From Dehalococcoidia bacterium (GTDB lineage: Bacteria > Chloroflexota > Dehalococcoidia > Bin125): a stretch of 64,000 nucleotides of DNA. Made by a program: the position numbers and the translations under genes. Below are positions 18,339 to 27,547 of the stretch, one piece after another; position 1 is the first letter of the stretch, and each line of letters starts with the position of its first letter. The notes beneath the pieces were generated by a model. The model was not told the DNA's origin and did no database searches. It saw nothing but the letters and a program-made list of their open reading frames with translations. The stretch covers positions 96,001-160,000 of the forward strand of contig CAXXNO010000004.1 of assembly GCA_963663235.2 (NCBI GenBank), in the 5' to 3' direction.

Positions 18339-19346
18339 TCACGATTCCCGCGCCAGGATGCGTGCGACTTCATCCGGCTCGAAGCGCGGAAGTGGAGCAA
18401 CGCCTCCGTCTTGCACCAGTATAGCCGGATCTCCGGGCTGGCTCAGATGACCGATCTGCGCGGTCTCGACGCCAGCGCTCCGCAGTTGCCGTAGTGCTGC
18501 ATCGGCGTGCGCCGACGCCACAGTGATCAATAACGATCCCGACGCCAAGAGACCCATGGGATCGGCTGCGAGCGCGCCGCAGACCTGCCGCGTGAGCGAA
18601 TGGAGTAGGACGCGTGACGCGTCGACCACCACACCCAGCCCGGCTGCTTGGGCGATCTCCCAGCACCCAGTGGTGATCCCGCCTTCTGTCGGATCATGCA
18701 GCGCGTGCAAGCCGGGCAGCGTCCAAGCCATCCGGGCCACAGGAAGAACGCTGATGCCTGGGTCGAAGAGGAGCGCGGCGGCGGCGGAGACCGTCGCCTC
18801 CGAAACGCCGGCCGCCGCGAGCCGCTCCGGCGCCTCGCGCGCCAGCAGCGCCGTACCTTCGATGGCGGCCGAGCCCAGTTGGAAGAGTGCGTCCCCCGGC
18901 TGTGCGGCGTCGCTACGGCGCAGGCGATCGTGACGCACTTCCCCGGCCATGGTGCCGATCACGATCACCTGCGCCACAGCCGAGGTCACTTCGGTGTGGC
19001 CGCCGACCAAGATCGCGCCCACGGCGTCGCAGGCGGCGCGCAGATCGGCGAAGATCGCCGCGACGTCGTCCTCGTCGCTGGTGAGCGGCAGGAGAATGGT
19101 GGCGAGAAACCAGCGCGGCTCGGCGCCGAGGCAGGCCACGTCATTGGCGCTTACGTGCACGGCGTACCAGCCGGCCCGCTCCGCCGTAAACGAGACCGGG
19201 TCCGACGTCAGGACCAGCGCACGGTCGCCCAGGTCAATGACGGCGGCATCGCGGCCGATCCCCGGCCCGATCAAGAGGCGATCGTCGCTGGGGAGGCCGC
19301 GCAGGAAGCGGTCCAGGAGCTCTGGCGGAACCTTTCCCTCACGCAC
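18339..19346 (-). CDS. AIR synthase-related (HypE/ThiL/SelD superfamily) protein
   Basis: GKVPPE, GPGIGRDAAV, TSDP, SANDVA..GAEP, VGGHTEV, LHDPTEGG, LLASGSLL. Confidence 0.85.
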   Translation of the reverse strand: MREGKVPPELLDRFLRGLPSDDRLLIGPGIGRDAAVIDLGDRALVLTSDPVSFTAERAGWYAVHVSANDVACLGAEPRWFLATILLPLTSDEDDVAAIFADLRAACDAVGAILVGGHTEVTSAVAQVIVIGTMAGEVRHDRLRRSDAAQPGDALFQLGSAAIEGTALLAREAPERLAAAGVSEATVSAAAALLFDPGISVLPVARMAWTLPGLHALHDPTEGGITTGCWEIAQAAGLGVVVDASRVLLHSLTRQVCGALAADPMGLLASGSLLITVASAHADAALRQLRSAGVETAQIGHLSQPGDPAILVQDGGVAPLPRFEPDEVARILARES

Positions 19347-19369
19347 CTGGCGGGTCGATGACAGCCGGG

Positions 19370-20755
19370 CTAGCCGTTTTCCAACTCCGACGAATGCTGG
19401 AGACAGGACGGGCCGCCGTCCTCGTCGTCGTGCGCGTGAGCGCCCCCGGAGATCTGCGGCTCCGCGACAACGGCCGAGGGAAACTCCAACTCCGGACTGC
19501 GGCGGCGCACGCTCCCGGCGACGAGTTCGCCGCCCTTGTAGACCCGCTCCAGCCGCTCGTGTCGCTGCAGGATGCTGATGTCGGCCAGCGGGTCCCCATC
19601 GATGACCAAGGCATCGGCGTAGTAGCCGGGCGCGAGGCGGCCCACCTCGTCACCCATGTAGATGGTGTCCGCGCCCACGCGCGTGGCCGACTGGATCGCC
19701 TCCATGGGGGTGAAACCGGTCTCCGTCACCATCAGCTCCAGCTCGATCGCGATGACGGACTGGGGGTTGAAGCGATGTCCGGAATCGCTGCCGACCACCA
19801 TAGGAATGCCCTTGGCGCGGGCCAGCTTGACGCTCTCCATATGCAGAACCAGGTCGCCGCGGAACTTCTCCACCACCCACTGCGGGAAGCCGGCCTCGGC
19901 CCCCTTGTGGACGTAGAGGTAGAGCACCGAGATTGTGGGCACCAGGATGGTTCCCATGCGTAGCATCAGGTCGGCGCCTTCTTCGTCCAGGAACGAGCCG
20001 TGCTCGATGGTCCGGACCCCGGCGCGCACGGCGTTCTTGATCCCCTCCGTGGCCTGCGCGTGACAGGCGACTTGCACGCCGTTGCGCTTCGCCTCGTTCA
20101 CAACGACGGCCATCTCCTCCTCCGTCATGGTCTGCTTGGTGGACGAGGAGAAGGGGCTGATGCCGGTGCCGCTGGCCTCGACCTTGATGCAGTCGGCGCC
20201 GTACTTGATCTCGGCGCGGGTCGCCTTAAGCATCTCCTCCGGCCCGTTTACCACGATGCCCAGAGCCGTGCGGTTGTCCACCCAGTCGCCGTACATGTCG
20301 GCCAGCCCTCCGGTAGTGGTGAGGATGCGGCCGCCGGCCTTCATTCGTGGCCCTTTGATCACCCCCTCGTTGATCATGTCGCGCAGGGCGATCGAGATCA
20401 GGCCCCGGGCCCCGACGTCGCGGGCGCTCGTGAACCCGATCTCCAGCAGGGTCTGAGCGTTGCGCGCCGCGAGGATGGTGGAATGCTCCATGGGGCGGCG
20501 CAAGTCATAGTCTTCGAAGCAGGTGACATCCGTGTAGGTGGGATGAAAGTGACAGTCGATCATGCCCGGCATGATGGTGCGGCCCGAGAGGTCCACCGTC
20601 TCACCCTGGCCGTGGGGCGGCGCCTTCACCTGGTCCACCGGGCCAACGGCGGTGATGCGCTCGCCCTCGATGAGCACGCTGCCTCGATCCAGCGGCTCGG
20701 GGCTCACCCCATCGATGATGCGCCCGTTCTCCAGCAACAGATAAGCGTCCATCAC
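19370..20755 (-). CDS. metal-dependent amidohydrolase (Xaa-Pro dipeptidase-like)
   Basis: MPGMIDCHFH, GADCIKV, VACHA, TIEHG, GSDSG, GRLAPGYYADALVIDGDPL. Confidence 0.9.
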   Translation of the reverse strand: MMDAYLLLENGRIIDGVSPEPLDRGSVLIEGERITAVGPVDQVKAPPHGQGETVDLSGRTIMPGMIDCHFHPTYTDVTCFEDYDLRRPMEHSTILAARNAQTLLEIGFTSARDVGARGLISIALRDMINEGVIKGPRMKAGGRILTTTGGLADMYGDWVDNRTALGIVVNGPEEMLKATRAEIKYGADCIKVEASGTGISPFSSSTKQTMTEEEMAVVVNEAKRNGVQVACHAQATEGIKNAVRAGVRTIEHGSFLDEEGADLMLRMGTILVPTISVLYLYVHKGAEAGFPQWVVEKFRGDLVLHMESVKLARAKGIPMVVGSDSGHRFNPQSVIAIELELMVTETGFTPMEAIQSATRVGADTIYMGDEVGRLAPGYYADALVIDGDPLADISILQRHERLERVYKGGELVAGSVRRRSPELEFPSAVVAEPQISGGAHAHDDEDGGPSCLQHSSELENG

Positions 20756-20985
20756 GCCCTCCCGCGACGATCGTGGCGTCGGCGTTCACCGAGAGATCGC
20801 CAGTGTGTCTCGCTGATCTCCTCCTCGTCAACAGCAGCTGTTTTACACCATTCGATCAATCGCTTGACGCGCCCTTCACGTGCGCGGACGACCCTGGGAT
20901 CGGGGGTGGGCTGGAAACGGGCGGCATACAATGGCGTCACGACGTTGAGCCCGGGTTTCGCCCGACGAAGCGATGAGGACGTACC

Positions 20986-21672
20986 GTGAAGACCATCCTG
21001 ATTGCCGACGATGAGGAGCACATCCGCGAGTTGTGCACACTCTATCTGGAAAAGGAAGGCTATCGCGTCCTTGCCGCGGAGGACGGCGAAGCGGCGCTGG
21101 AAACGGCGCGCGCGAGGCGGCCGGACCTCATCGTCCTAGACGTGATGATGCCGAAGATGGACGGCCTGGAAGTGTGCCGCACCCTCCGCAAGGAGTCGGA
21201 GGTGCCGATTCTCATGCTCACGGCCCGCGCGGACGATATCGACCGCATCGTCGGGCTGGAGCTGGGTGCGGACGACTATGTGGGCAAGCCGTTCCACCCT
21301 CGCGAACTCGCCGCCCGCGTTAAGGCGATCCTGCGGCGCGCCGAGGGCGAGAGCCGATCGACGCACGGCGTCGTGCGTGCGGGACCGCTCACTATCGACT
21401 GGCAGCGGCGCGAGGCCACCGTCGACGGCGAGGCGATCTCGCTTCGCACCAAGGAGTTCGACCTGCTCCGGGCTTTGGCCGAGCACGAAGGCATTGTGAT
21501 GACGCGGGAACAGCTGCTGGAGCGCGTCTGGGGCTACGACTTCTACGGCGAGACCCGCACGGTCGACGTTCACGTCACGCAGGTGCGCCGCAAGCTCGGC
21601 GACCACGGGGTGAGCATCCAGACGGTGCGCGGCGTGGGCTACAAGCTAGTAGTCGACCCGGCGAAGCCGTGA
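20986..21672 (+). CDS. OmpR/PhoB family response regulator
   Basis: ILIADDE, LDVMMP, GADDYVGKPF, wHTH RTVDVHV...TVRGVGYK; -10-like TACAAT at 20927-20932. Confidence 0.95.
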   Translation: MKTILIADDEEHIRELCTLYLEKEGYRVLAAEDGEAALETARARRPDLIVLDVMMPKMDGLEVCRTLRKESEVPILMLTARADDIDRIVGLELGADDYVGKPFHPRELAARVKAILRRAEGESRSTHGVVRAGPLTIDWQRREATVDGEAISLRTKEFDLLRALAEHEGIVMTREQLLERVWGYDFYGETRTVDVHVTQVRRKLGDHGVSIQTVRGVGYKLVVDPAKP

Positions 21673-21700
21673 CGGTGGCGCCGGCGGAGCGGGAGTCGGC

Positions 21701-23131
21701 GTGATCCTGGCAAGCCTCCAGGCCCGCATCATCGGCGGATTCGCGCTGGTGATCCTGCTGACGCTGGTCGTCGCCGGCGTGGTCTTCTTTTCGCTGCTGG
21801 GCGGATACCGGCAGGCGATCGACCGCAACGCGCTGATTCCCCTGGCCGACCAGGTCACGTTCGGCTTGAGCCAGTTCGCCGCCCGGAACCTGCCGCCGGA
21901 CGCACTCGCCAGCTACGTGGCCGTCCAATCCGAGGAGACCGGCGTGCTGGTGTTCATCCTGGATTCGTCGGGCCGTGTCGTGCAGGATCTGTCGCCGGCC
22001 TCGGAGTACGAGCGCCTGCAACTGCCGGTCACGCTGGCCGACGTCCGCCGGAGCCCGACCCGCTACGTCGAGGGTGAAGTGGACACCGGTGATGGGCGGA
22101 TCTCCTTCCTGGCCCGCATGCTGCCGGTACGACCGTCGCAGCGCGGCTCCTTTGTGGCGATTGCGCTACCGGACACAGCGACCTCGGACATCATCGGCGA
22201 CCTCACGCCGCGGCTGCTGCTATCGGGCCTGATCGGCCTCGCGGTGGCCCTGGTGGTTGCATTCTGGGTCAGCCGGTCGATTTACAACCCTCTGGAGCGG
22301 GTCACCGCGGCCGTCCGGGCCGTGGGCGGCGGCCGCTACGAGACCCGCGTGCCGGAGAGCGGGACCGTAGAGGTTCGCGATCTGGCGCGCGCCTTCAACC
22401 GCATGACGACCCAGGTACAGACCAATCAGGAGACGCTGCAGAACTTCATGGCGGACGTGAGCCACGAGCTCCGCACGCCCCTGACATCGATTCGGGGCTT
22501 CACGCAGGCGCTGCTGGACGGGACCGTCCGGGACGAACCGCGCCGCGCCAGCTCCCTTGCGGTCATCGACGACGAAGCGCGACGCATGCTGCGCTTGGTG
22601 GAAGACCTGATGGACCTCTCGCGGATCCAGGCGGGCGAGCTCAACCTGCGCCCGGAGCCGGTGGACGCCGCCGAGTTGCTCACCCACGTCGCGGAGATCT
22701 TCCGGCAACGTGCGGCCCACAAGGGCATCGACTTGCGCGTGGAGAGCGCCCCGGACCTGCCACGCGCGCACTGCGACTACGATCGCATTGTCCAGGTCAT
22801 CACGAACCTCGTCGATAATGCGATCCAGTACACGGCGGTCGGCAGCGTGACACTGCGGGCCGGGCCCGGCGACGGATCGGTCGTTCTGATCGTTGAAGAC
22901 ACCGGCGAAGGGATCCCCGCCCAGGAGCTGCCGCAACTCTTCGATCGCTTCTTTCGCGGTGAGCGCTCCGAACGCCGCCGAGGCACGGGCTTGGGGCTGG
23001 CCATCGCTCGCGAGATCGTGCGCGCTCAGGGTGGCGAGATCGTCGCCACCAGCGATCCCGGCGTTGGCACCACGTTCCAGATCACCCTCCCCACCCACAT
23101 CCCCTCGTCGCCCTGGCAGGGCGGCTCGTGA
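21701..23131 (+). CDS. HAMP-domain sensor histidine kinase
   Basis: Two TM helices, HAMP, VSHELRTPLT, NLVDNAIQY, DTGEGI, GTGLGLAI. Confidence 0.95.
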   Translation: MILASLQARIIGGFALVILLTLVVAGVVFFSLLGGYRQAIDRNALIPLADQVTFGLSQFAARNLPPDALASYVAVQSEETGVLVFILDSSGRVVQDLSPASEYERLQLPVTLADVRRSPTRYVEGEVDTGDGRISFLARMLPVRPSQRGSFVAIALPDTATSDIIGDLTPRLLLSGLIGLAVALVVAFWVSRSIYNPLERVTAAVRAVGGGRYETRVPESGTVEVRDLARAFNRMTTQVQTNQETLQNFMADVSHELRTPLTSIRGFTQALLDGTVRDEPRRASSLAVIDDEARRMLRLVEDLMDLSRIQAGELNLRPEPVDAAELLTHVAEIFRQRAAHKGIDLRVESAPDLPRAHCDYDRIVQVITNLVDNAIQYTAVGSVTLRAGPGDGSVVLIVEDTGEGIPAQELPQLFDRFFRGERSERRRGTGLGLAIAREIVRAQGGEIVATSDPGVGTTFQITLPTHIPSSPWQGGS

Positions 23132-23223
23132 GGGTGCTCGTCGCGCGGACACGGCGCTGGTAGCATTCGGCTCGGCGGCCGTGCGCCGGCGCTCGTCCGC
23201 TTTTCGTCCGGAAAGGTACGGCC

Positions 23224-24174
23224 TTGGGGGACCCGAGCACACAGGTCGCGCAGGTCGCGGGCGAGCTCGTCGCCGAGTGGGCGGAGCGCGAGCGCGGCCT
23301 GACCGTGTCCACCGGCGGCTCCGAGCCCGTCGATGCCGGTCTGTCCCTTCTCTCCCTCAGCATCGACGGCCGCAGCCTGGCGCTCGCCGTGGTGCCGCTC
23401 TTTCCGGTACAAGCGACCGCCGACACGCTCCGCCGCAAGGCGGCGATTGAAGAGCGGTTGGCGCAAGTGGGCGCCGGCTCCGTGGTCGTCTGGGTTCCGC
23501 CCGGGGCCGAGGTCCCGATGGACGACGGGGACGCGTTCGTCTCGCGCGTCGCGGAGGCGGCGGCGGCCCTCGGGCCGGGCGAGCGCGGCGAGGTCAAGTT
23601 TCCCGTTCTCCTGGACCTGCGCAGGAACGACGACAACGGCACGTACCTGAGCGCGGTTGGGGGGCTAGCGCCCCATTGGGCGCGCTTCACGAACCGCGTG
23701 TTCGGCTACTACCAGCTAGACAGCAGCGCCATTCACCGCCTCCCGGAGGATCCGGAAAAGGTCACGCAGCTCATTGAATTCATCGTGCTGGTGGCCAACG
23801 GGATCCGGACGGTGGGGAAATCGGCGGAGGTGAAAGCGGAGGACACCTGGATCGTGCAGCGGCTGCGCTCATTGCCCGGCCCGGTTCTGCTCGCCGCCGC
23901 CCCCGACGCCGCCCCGGACGACGGCGCCATTGTCCGGCGGGCCCTACGGACGGGCGTCAAGCTGGCGGCGAGCAAGCTCTCCACGGTCCAGGCCGATACC
24001 AAGGCGCTGGCCTTCGTGGGGATCTATCGATCGCTGGCGGAGGAGAATGCGACCATCGCGTTGCGGGGAATGGATCCGTCCGTCTTCGCCCACTTCGACT
24101 TTGCCTGCCTGCTTGCGGACGGCAGGCTCAAGCCGCTCTTCGGCCCGAAGCCGGGAACGGCTCTCAGCGCGTGA
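23224..24174 (+). CDS. hypothetical protein
   Basis: 316-aa ORF with coding-like codon bias; no motif recognised. Confidence 0.75.
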   Translation: MGDPSTQVAQVAGELVAEWAERERGLTVSTGGSEPVDAGLSLLSLSIDGRSLALAVVPLFPVQATADTLRRKAAIEERLAQVGAGSVVVWVPPGAEVPMDDGDAFVSRVAEAAAALGPGERGEVKFPVLLDLRRNDDNGTYLSAVGGLAPHWARFTNRVFGYYQLDSSAIHRLPEDPEKVTQLIEFIVLVANGIRTVGKSAEVKAEDTWIVQRLRSLPGPVLLAAAPDAAPDDGAIVRRALRTGVKLAASKLSTVQADTKALAFVGIYRSLAEENATIALRGMDPSVFAHFDFACLLADGRLKPLFGPKPGTALSA

Positions 24175-24184
24175 GGACGGCTCG

Positions 24185-24373
24185 CTAGAGGGTCTTGCTT
24201 CGCCGCCGCCGCCGGGCCGCGCGGCGCTCCGCCTGTCGCTCTTTCTCACGGTTGGAGATGAAGTGGCGCCGGCGGCGCGCCTCCTGGAGGACGCCATCGC
24301 GCTGGATCATCTTGTTGAAGCGGCGCAGGAGCTGCTCGGAGTCCTCGCCGTCCCTCCTCGTAACCTGTAGCAA
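24185..24373 (-). CDS. rpsU: 30S ribosomal protein S21
   Basis: TTG 24373 after GGAGGGG; MLQVTRRDGEDSEQLLRRFNKMIQRDGVLQEARRRRHF. Confidence 0.92.
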   Translation of the reverse strand: MLQVTRRDGEDSEQLLRRFNKMIQRDGVLQEARRRRHFISNREKERQAERRAARRRRRSKTL

Positions 24374-24664
24374 AGGCCCCTCCGTGGGACGCTCCGCCGC
24401 CGGACGGCAGCGGGAAGCCCCACCCAAATACCAGCGACAGCCTAACACCGCGCCTGCGGAACGGACAATTGGCCAGCACGCACAGGAGCGGCGCGCCCCT
24501 CATGCCGGTTCACTTGTTGGATCCGGCCCTTCCCCTCATTTCGCGACGGATCGGCCCGGGTTCCGCATCGAAGTGAAAGGCTAGGGTTTCGTGGGGACGC
24601 CGGATAGGCGACGCGTCGATGGTAGACAGGCCGGGGGTAAGCGGTGGACGACTGATGGCGTGGG

Positions 24665-25222
24665 TCACTCCGCGTCGGGAATCACTCCGAGGAAGCGGAG
24701 GAATCCTGGCCGCGTGCCACGGACGTTCCGCCGACGATTCCAGCGCCGCACCTGCTCGGTGTACGCGTCGCTCTGACGCTCATTCCAACGGGAAAGCGAA
24801 GACACCTGGCGGCGCGTGTAGTCGCCATCCCAGTCGTGCGGGCACTCCACGATGCGGCTCAATGAGATGCGCTCGAGCGCGCCCGTGTCGGAGACGGTCA
24901 CGTTGAAGGGATGCTCGCGGCAGGTCACGGGCCGGTGGTCGTAAATCGTGCAACGGTTCTCGTCATCCAGGAAGGTGCAGCGGGGACCACGTTGCCAGCG
25001 GAGCGCCATGACGGCCCGCCGATCGCCGAAGCGGAGCCACCAAGGGCTGTCTTTGGCCAAGCTCACGCGCTCCGTGTCGAAGAAGCGGACGAAGTCCTGG
25101 GGGTCGCGGCCGGTCCCCTCGGCGATGCGCTGGACGTCGGTGTCGGTCAGCATCACCACCGTGCCACGACAACAGTTGCCGCAGCCGGTGCAGCGGAACT
25201 TGAGGTACTTGCGCCAGTCCAT
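24665..25222 (-). CDS. YkgJ family cysteine-cluster protein
   Basis: FRCTGCGNCC, CTFLDDENRCTIYDHRPVTCREHPF. Confidence 0.88.
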   Translation of the reverse strand: MDWRKYLKFRCTGCGNCCRGTVVMLTDTDVQRIAEGTGRDPQDFVRFFDTERVSLAKDSPWWLRFGDRRAVMALRWQRGPRCTFLDDENRCTIYDHRPVTCREHPFNVTVSDTGALERISLSRIVECPHDWDGDYTRRQVSSLSRWNERQSDAYTEQVRRWNRRRNVRGTRPGFLRFLGVIPDAE

Positions 25223-25268
25223 CCCCACCGCCGCGGACTTCCTCTCGCGAGCCGGATCGGCCCGGGCA

Positions 25269-25345
25269 TGGCGCGCCCGGAGGGATTCGAACCCACGGCC
25301 TTCAGATCCGAAGTCTGACGCTCTAATCCACTGAGCTACGGGCGC
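25269..25345 (-). tRNA. tRNA-Arg(TCG)
   Basis: GCGCCCG acceptor, TAGCTCAGTGGATTAGAGC D arm, TCAGA-CTTCGGA-TCTGA anticodon arm, GGTTCGAATCC, encoded CCA. Confidence 0.95.
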
Positions 25346-25428
25346 TCACTCGAAGTCTAGCATCACCGGGTGTAGCGTGAGAGCGATCGTCGCCCGACGC
25401 GCGCCGGCCATCGCCGTGGGGAAAGCGC

Positions 25429-26781
25429 ATGCGCGATGCGATCCGCAGCACGCTCTGGGAGGTCGCGGCCCGGCTCGACGCCGCGGACGTGGACAGCGCG
25501 ACTCAGTATTTTCTGACCCTGCACCCTGCGGACCAGGCCGACATCCTCACCGAGCTGAGTGCGGAAGAGCGCGACGCGCTGATGGCCAGCCTGGATCCCG
25601 AACAGCTGGCCGCGCTGCTGGAGCACCTGACGCCCCAGGAGCGGGCTGACGTCACGCCTCACCTCGAAATCGGCTCGCTGGCAGCGGCGCTGGACGAGGC
25701 GCCGCCGGAGACCGCCGCGGACGTTCTGCATGACCTGGAGGAGGAGGAGGCCGCCGGGGTCCTAAACGCAATGGAGGAGGCCAGCGCCGTCGAGCCGCTA
25801 CTCGCGCATGAGGACGAGAGCGCCGGCGGCATTATGACGCCCAACGTCATCGCCTTGCGCCCAGAAATGACCGCCGGCGGAGCCATCACCTATCTGCGCA
25901 CAGTGCAGCCGGCGGCCGCCGATGCCTACTACCTCTACGTCGCCGATGAAGGCTCTCACCTGCTGGGCGTGCTCAACATCCGGGAGTTAATCACCGCCGC
26001 ACCCGAGCGGCGCCTGCGCGACCTCATGGACCCGAACGTCATCTCCACGACGACCGACACCGACCAGGAAGAGGTGCTCCAGACGCTCCAGCACTACAAC
26101 CTTCGCGCCATCCCCGTGGTGGACGAGGACGGGCGCCTGGCGGGCATGACGACCGGCGACAACCTGATCGACGTCGCGCAGCAGGAGGCGACAGAGGACA
26201 TGTTCCGGATGGTCGGGTTGACGGAACGGGAGTCGTTCATTGGGCCGGTGGTGCCATCGGTCCGGCGCCGCCTCCCGTGGCTCAGCCTCTATCTGGGGAC
26301 GGTCTTCGTGGCCGCCGCCACCATCTCCGCCTTCGAGGGCACGCTGACGCGCGCGCCGCTGATCGCGATCTTCTTGCCGGTCGTTGCCGGGCTGGGCGGC
26401 AACGCGGGGACGCAGACGCTGACCCTGGTGGTGCGAGCCATGGCCCTGGGCGAATACGACCGGCGCCACTGGCGACGCGTCCTGCCGCGCGAGATCGCGA
26501 TCGCACTACTGAACGGCGCGGCGCTGGGGCTGCTGGTGGCGCTGGTGGCCGGCGCCTGGCAGAGCAACGTGTTCCTCGGGGTAGCCATCGGGGTCGCGAT
26601 GGTGGGCAATCTGGTGATCGCCGGGTTGGCCGGCGTGCTGGTGCCGACGACCCTCCGCCTAGCGCGCGCGGACCCCGCCTTGGGGAGCGGGATCGTCGTC
26701 ACGGCCGTGACGGACGTGATGGGCTTCTTCTTCTATTTGGGCATGGCCGCGCTGCTGATCGAGCGGATCGCCCCCGACTAG
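25429..26781 (+). CDS. mgtE: magnesium transporter MgtE
   Basis: LHPADQADIL, ESAGGIMTP, CBS pair, RRRLPWL, GGNAGTQ, DPALGSG...TAVTDVMG. Confidence 0.93.
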   Translation: MRDAIRSTLWEVAARLDAADVDSATQYFLTLHPADQADILTELSAEERDALMASLDPEQLAALLEHLTPQERADVTPHLEIGSLAAALDEAPPETAADVLHDLEEEEAAGVLNAMEEASAVEPLLAHEDESAGGIMTPNVIALRPEMTAGGAITYLRTVQPAAADAYYLYVADEGSHLLGVLNIRELITAAPERRLRDLMDPNVISTTTDTDQEEVLQTLQHYNLRAIPVVDEDGRLAGMTTGDNLIDVAQQEATEDMFRMVGLTERESFIGPVVPSVRRRLPWLSLYLGTVFVAAATISAFEGTLTRAPLIAIFLPVVAGLGGNAGTQTLTLVVRAMALGEYDRRHWRRVLPREIAIALLNGAALGLLVALVAGAWQSNVFLGVAIGVAMVGNLVIAGLAGVLVPTTLRLARADPALGSGIVVTAVTDVMGFFFYLGMAALLIERIAPD

Positions 26782-26796
26782 GCCAAGCTGGACCGG

Positions 26797-27333
26797 CTAG
26801 GGCAGGCTGCGTCCGCTCGGGGGCGGCGCTGGGATCTCTGGGGACGCCGCCAGCCGCTCTCGCGCGATGAGGAGAACTACGGCCTCTTCGTGCTCCTGTG
26901 CGATGCGCAACTCGCCCTCGAAGGCCGGGTTGTCGGCGTCCCGAAACGTGATGAAGTCTCTGAGCCGGATGCGGAAGTCAGTCTCAATGGACCACGGATC
27001 ACGGTCTAACGCCTCCCGATAGAAGTCGTAGATTGTGTCCGCGCTGGCGTCCGTCTCCCAGCCGACGATGAGCTCACGCATGGCATCGGTGTCCGTAAAT
27101 GCGGAGCCGAGCAGGGTGAGGCCGTCCGGAAGCGGGAAGTCCGGAGGCAGCGTGTCCACGAACAGCTCGATGCGGACATCGGCGGCAGCCGTGTCGTCCG
27201 GCTGCACGAGATAGTTGCGGAACAGCCGTTGGGCGGCGAGCCGATCTTCGTCGTCGGAGGTGTCGCAGGCCGCCAGAGCCAGACCGGCGACCGCCAGGAT
27301 CGCGGCGATGCCCCACCAGTGGACCCTTCCCAT
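26797..27333 (-). CDS. hypothetical lipoprotein
   Basis: ATG 27333 after GGAGGAGG; lipobox LALAAC; LPPDFPLPDG motif. Confidence 0.8.
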   Translation of the reverse strand: MGRVHWWGIAAILAVAGLALAACDTSDDEDRLAAQRLFRNYLVQPDDTAAADVRIELFVDTLPPDFPLPDGLTLLGSAFTDTDAMRELIVGWETDASADTIYDFYREALDRDPWSIETDFRIRLRDFITFRDADNPAFEGELRIAQEHEEAVVLLIARERLAASPEIPAPPPSGRSLP

Positions 27334-27404
27334 CCCCTCCTCCTCCTCGTACCCCCAGGGCCGGACCCGCAGCGACGGCGCGGCGCAAGACCGGGCGAGG
27401 GTGA

Positions 27405-27482
27405 TGGGGTGGACGGTGGGATTCGAACCCACGAATACCAGGGCCACAACCTGGCGCCCTAGGCCTCTAGGCGACGCCCACC
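27405..27482 (-). tRNA. tRNA-His(GTG)
   Basis: G-1 plus GTGGGCG/CGTCCAC acceptor with C73, CCAGG-TTGTGGC-CCTGG anticodon arm, GGTTCGAATCC, CCA. Confidence 0.93.
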
Positions 27483-27547
27483 ACGCTGCCGTCCGTTTGC
27501 GGCAGGTCAAGGCTAGACACGGGTACGCACGCGGGTCAATTCACCAT

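Noticed and set aside
18339-19346. Hydrogenase maturation gene hypE
   Set aside because: It lacks the C-terminal PRIC cysteine (ends PRFEPDEVARIL) and there are no hyp neighbours.
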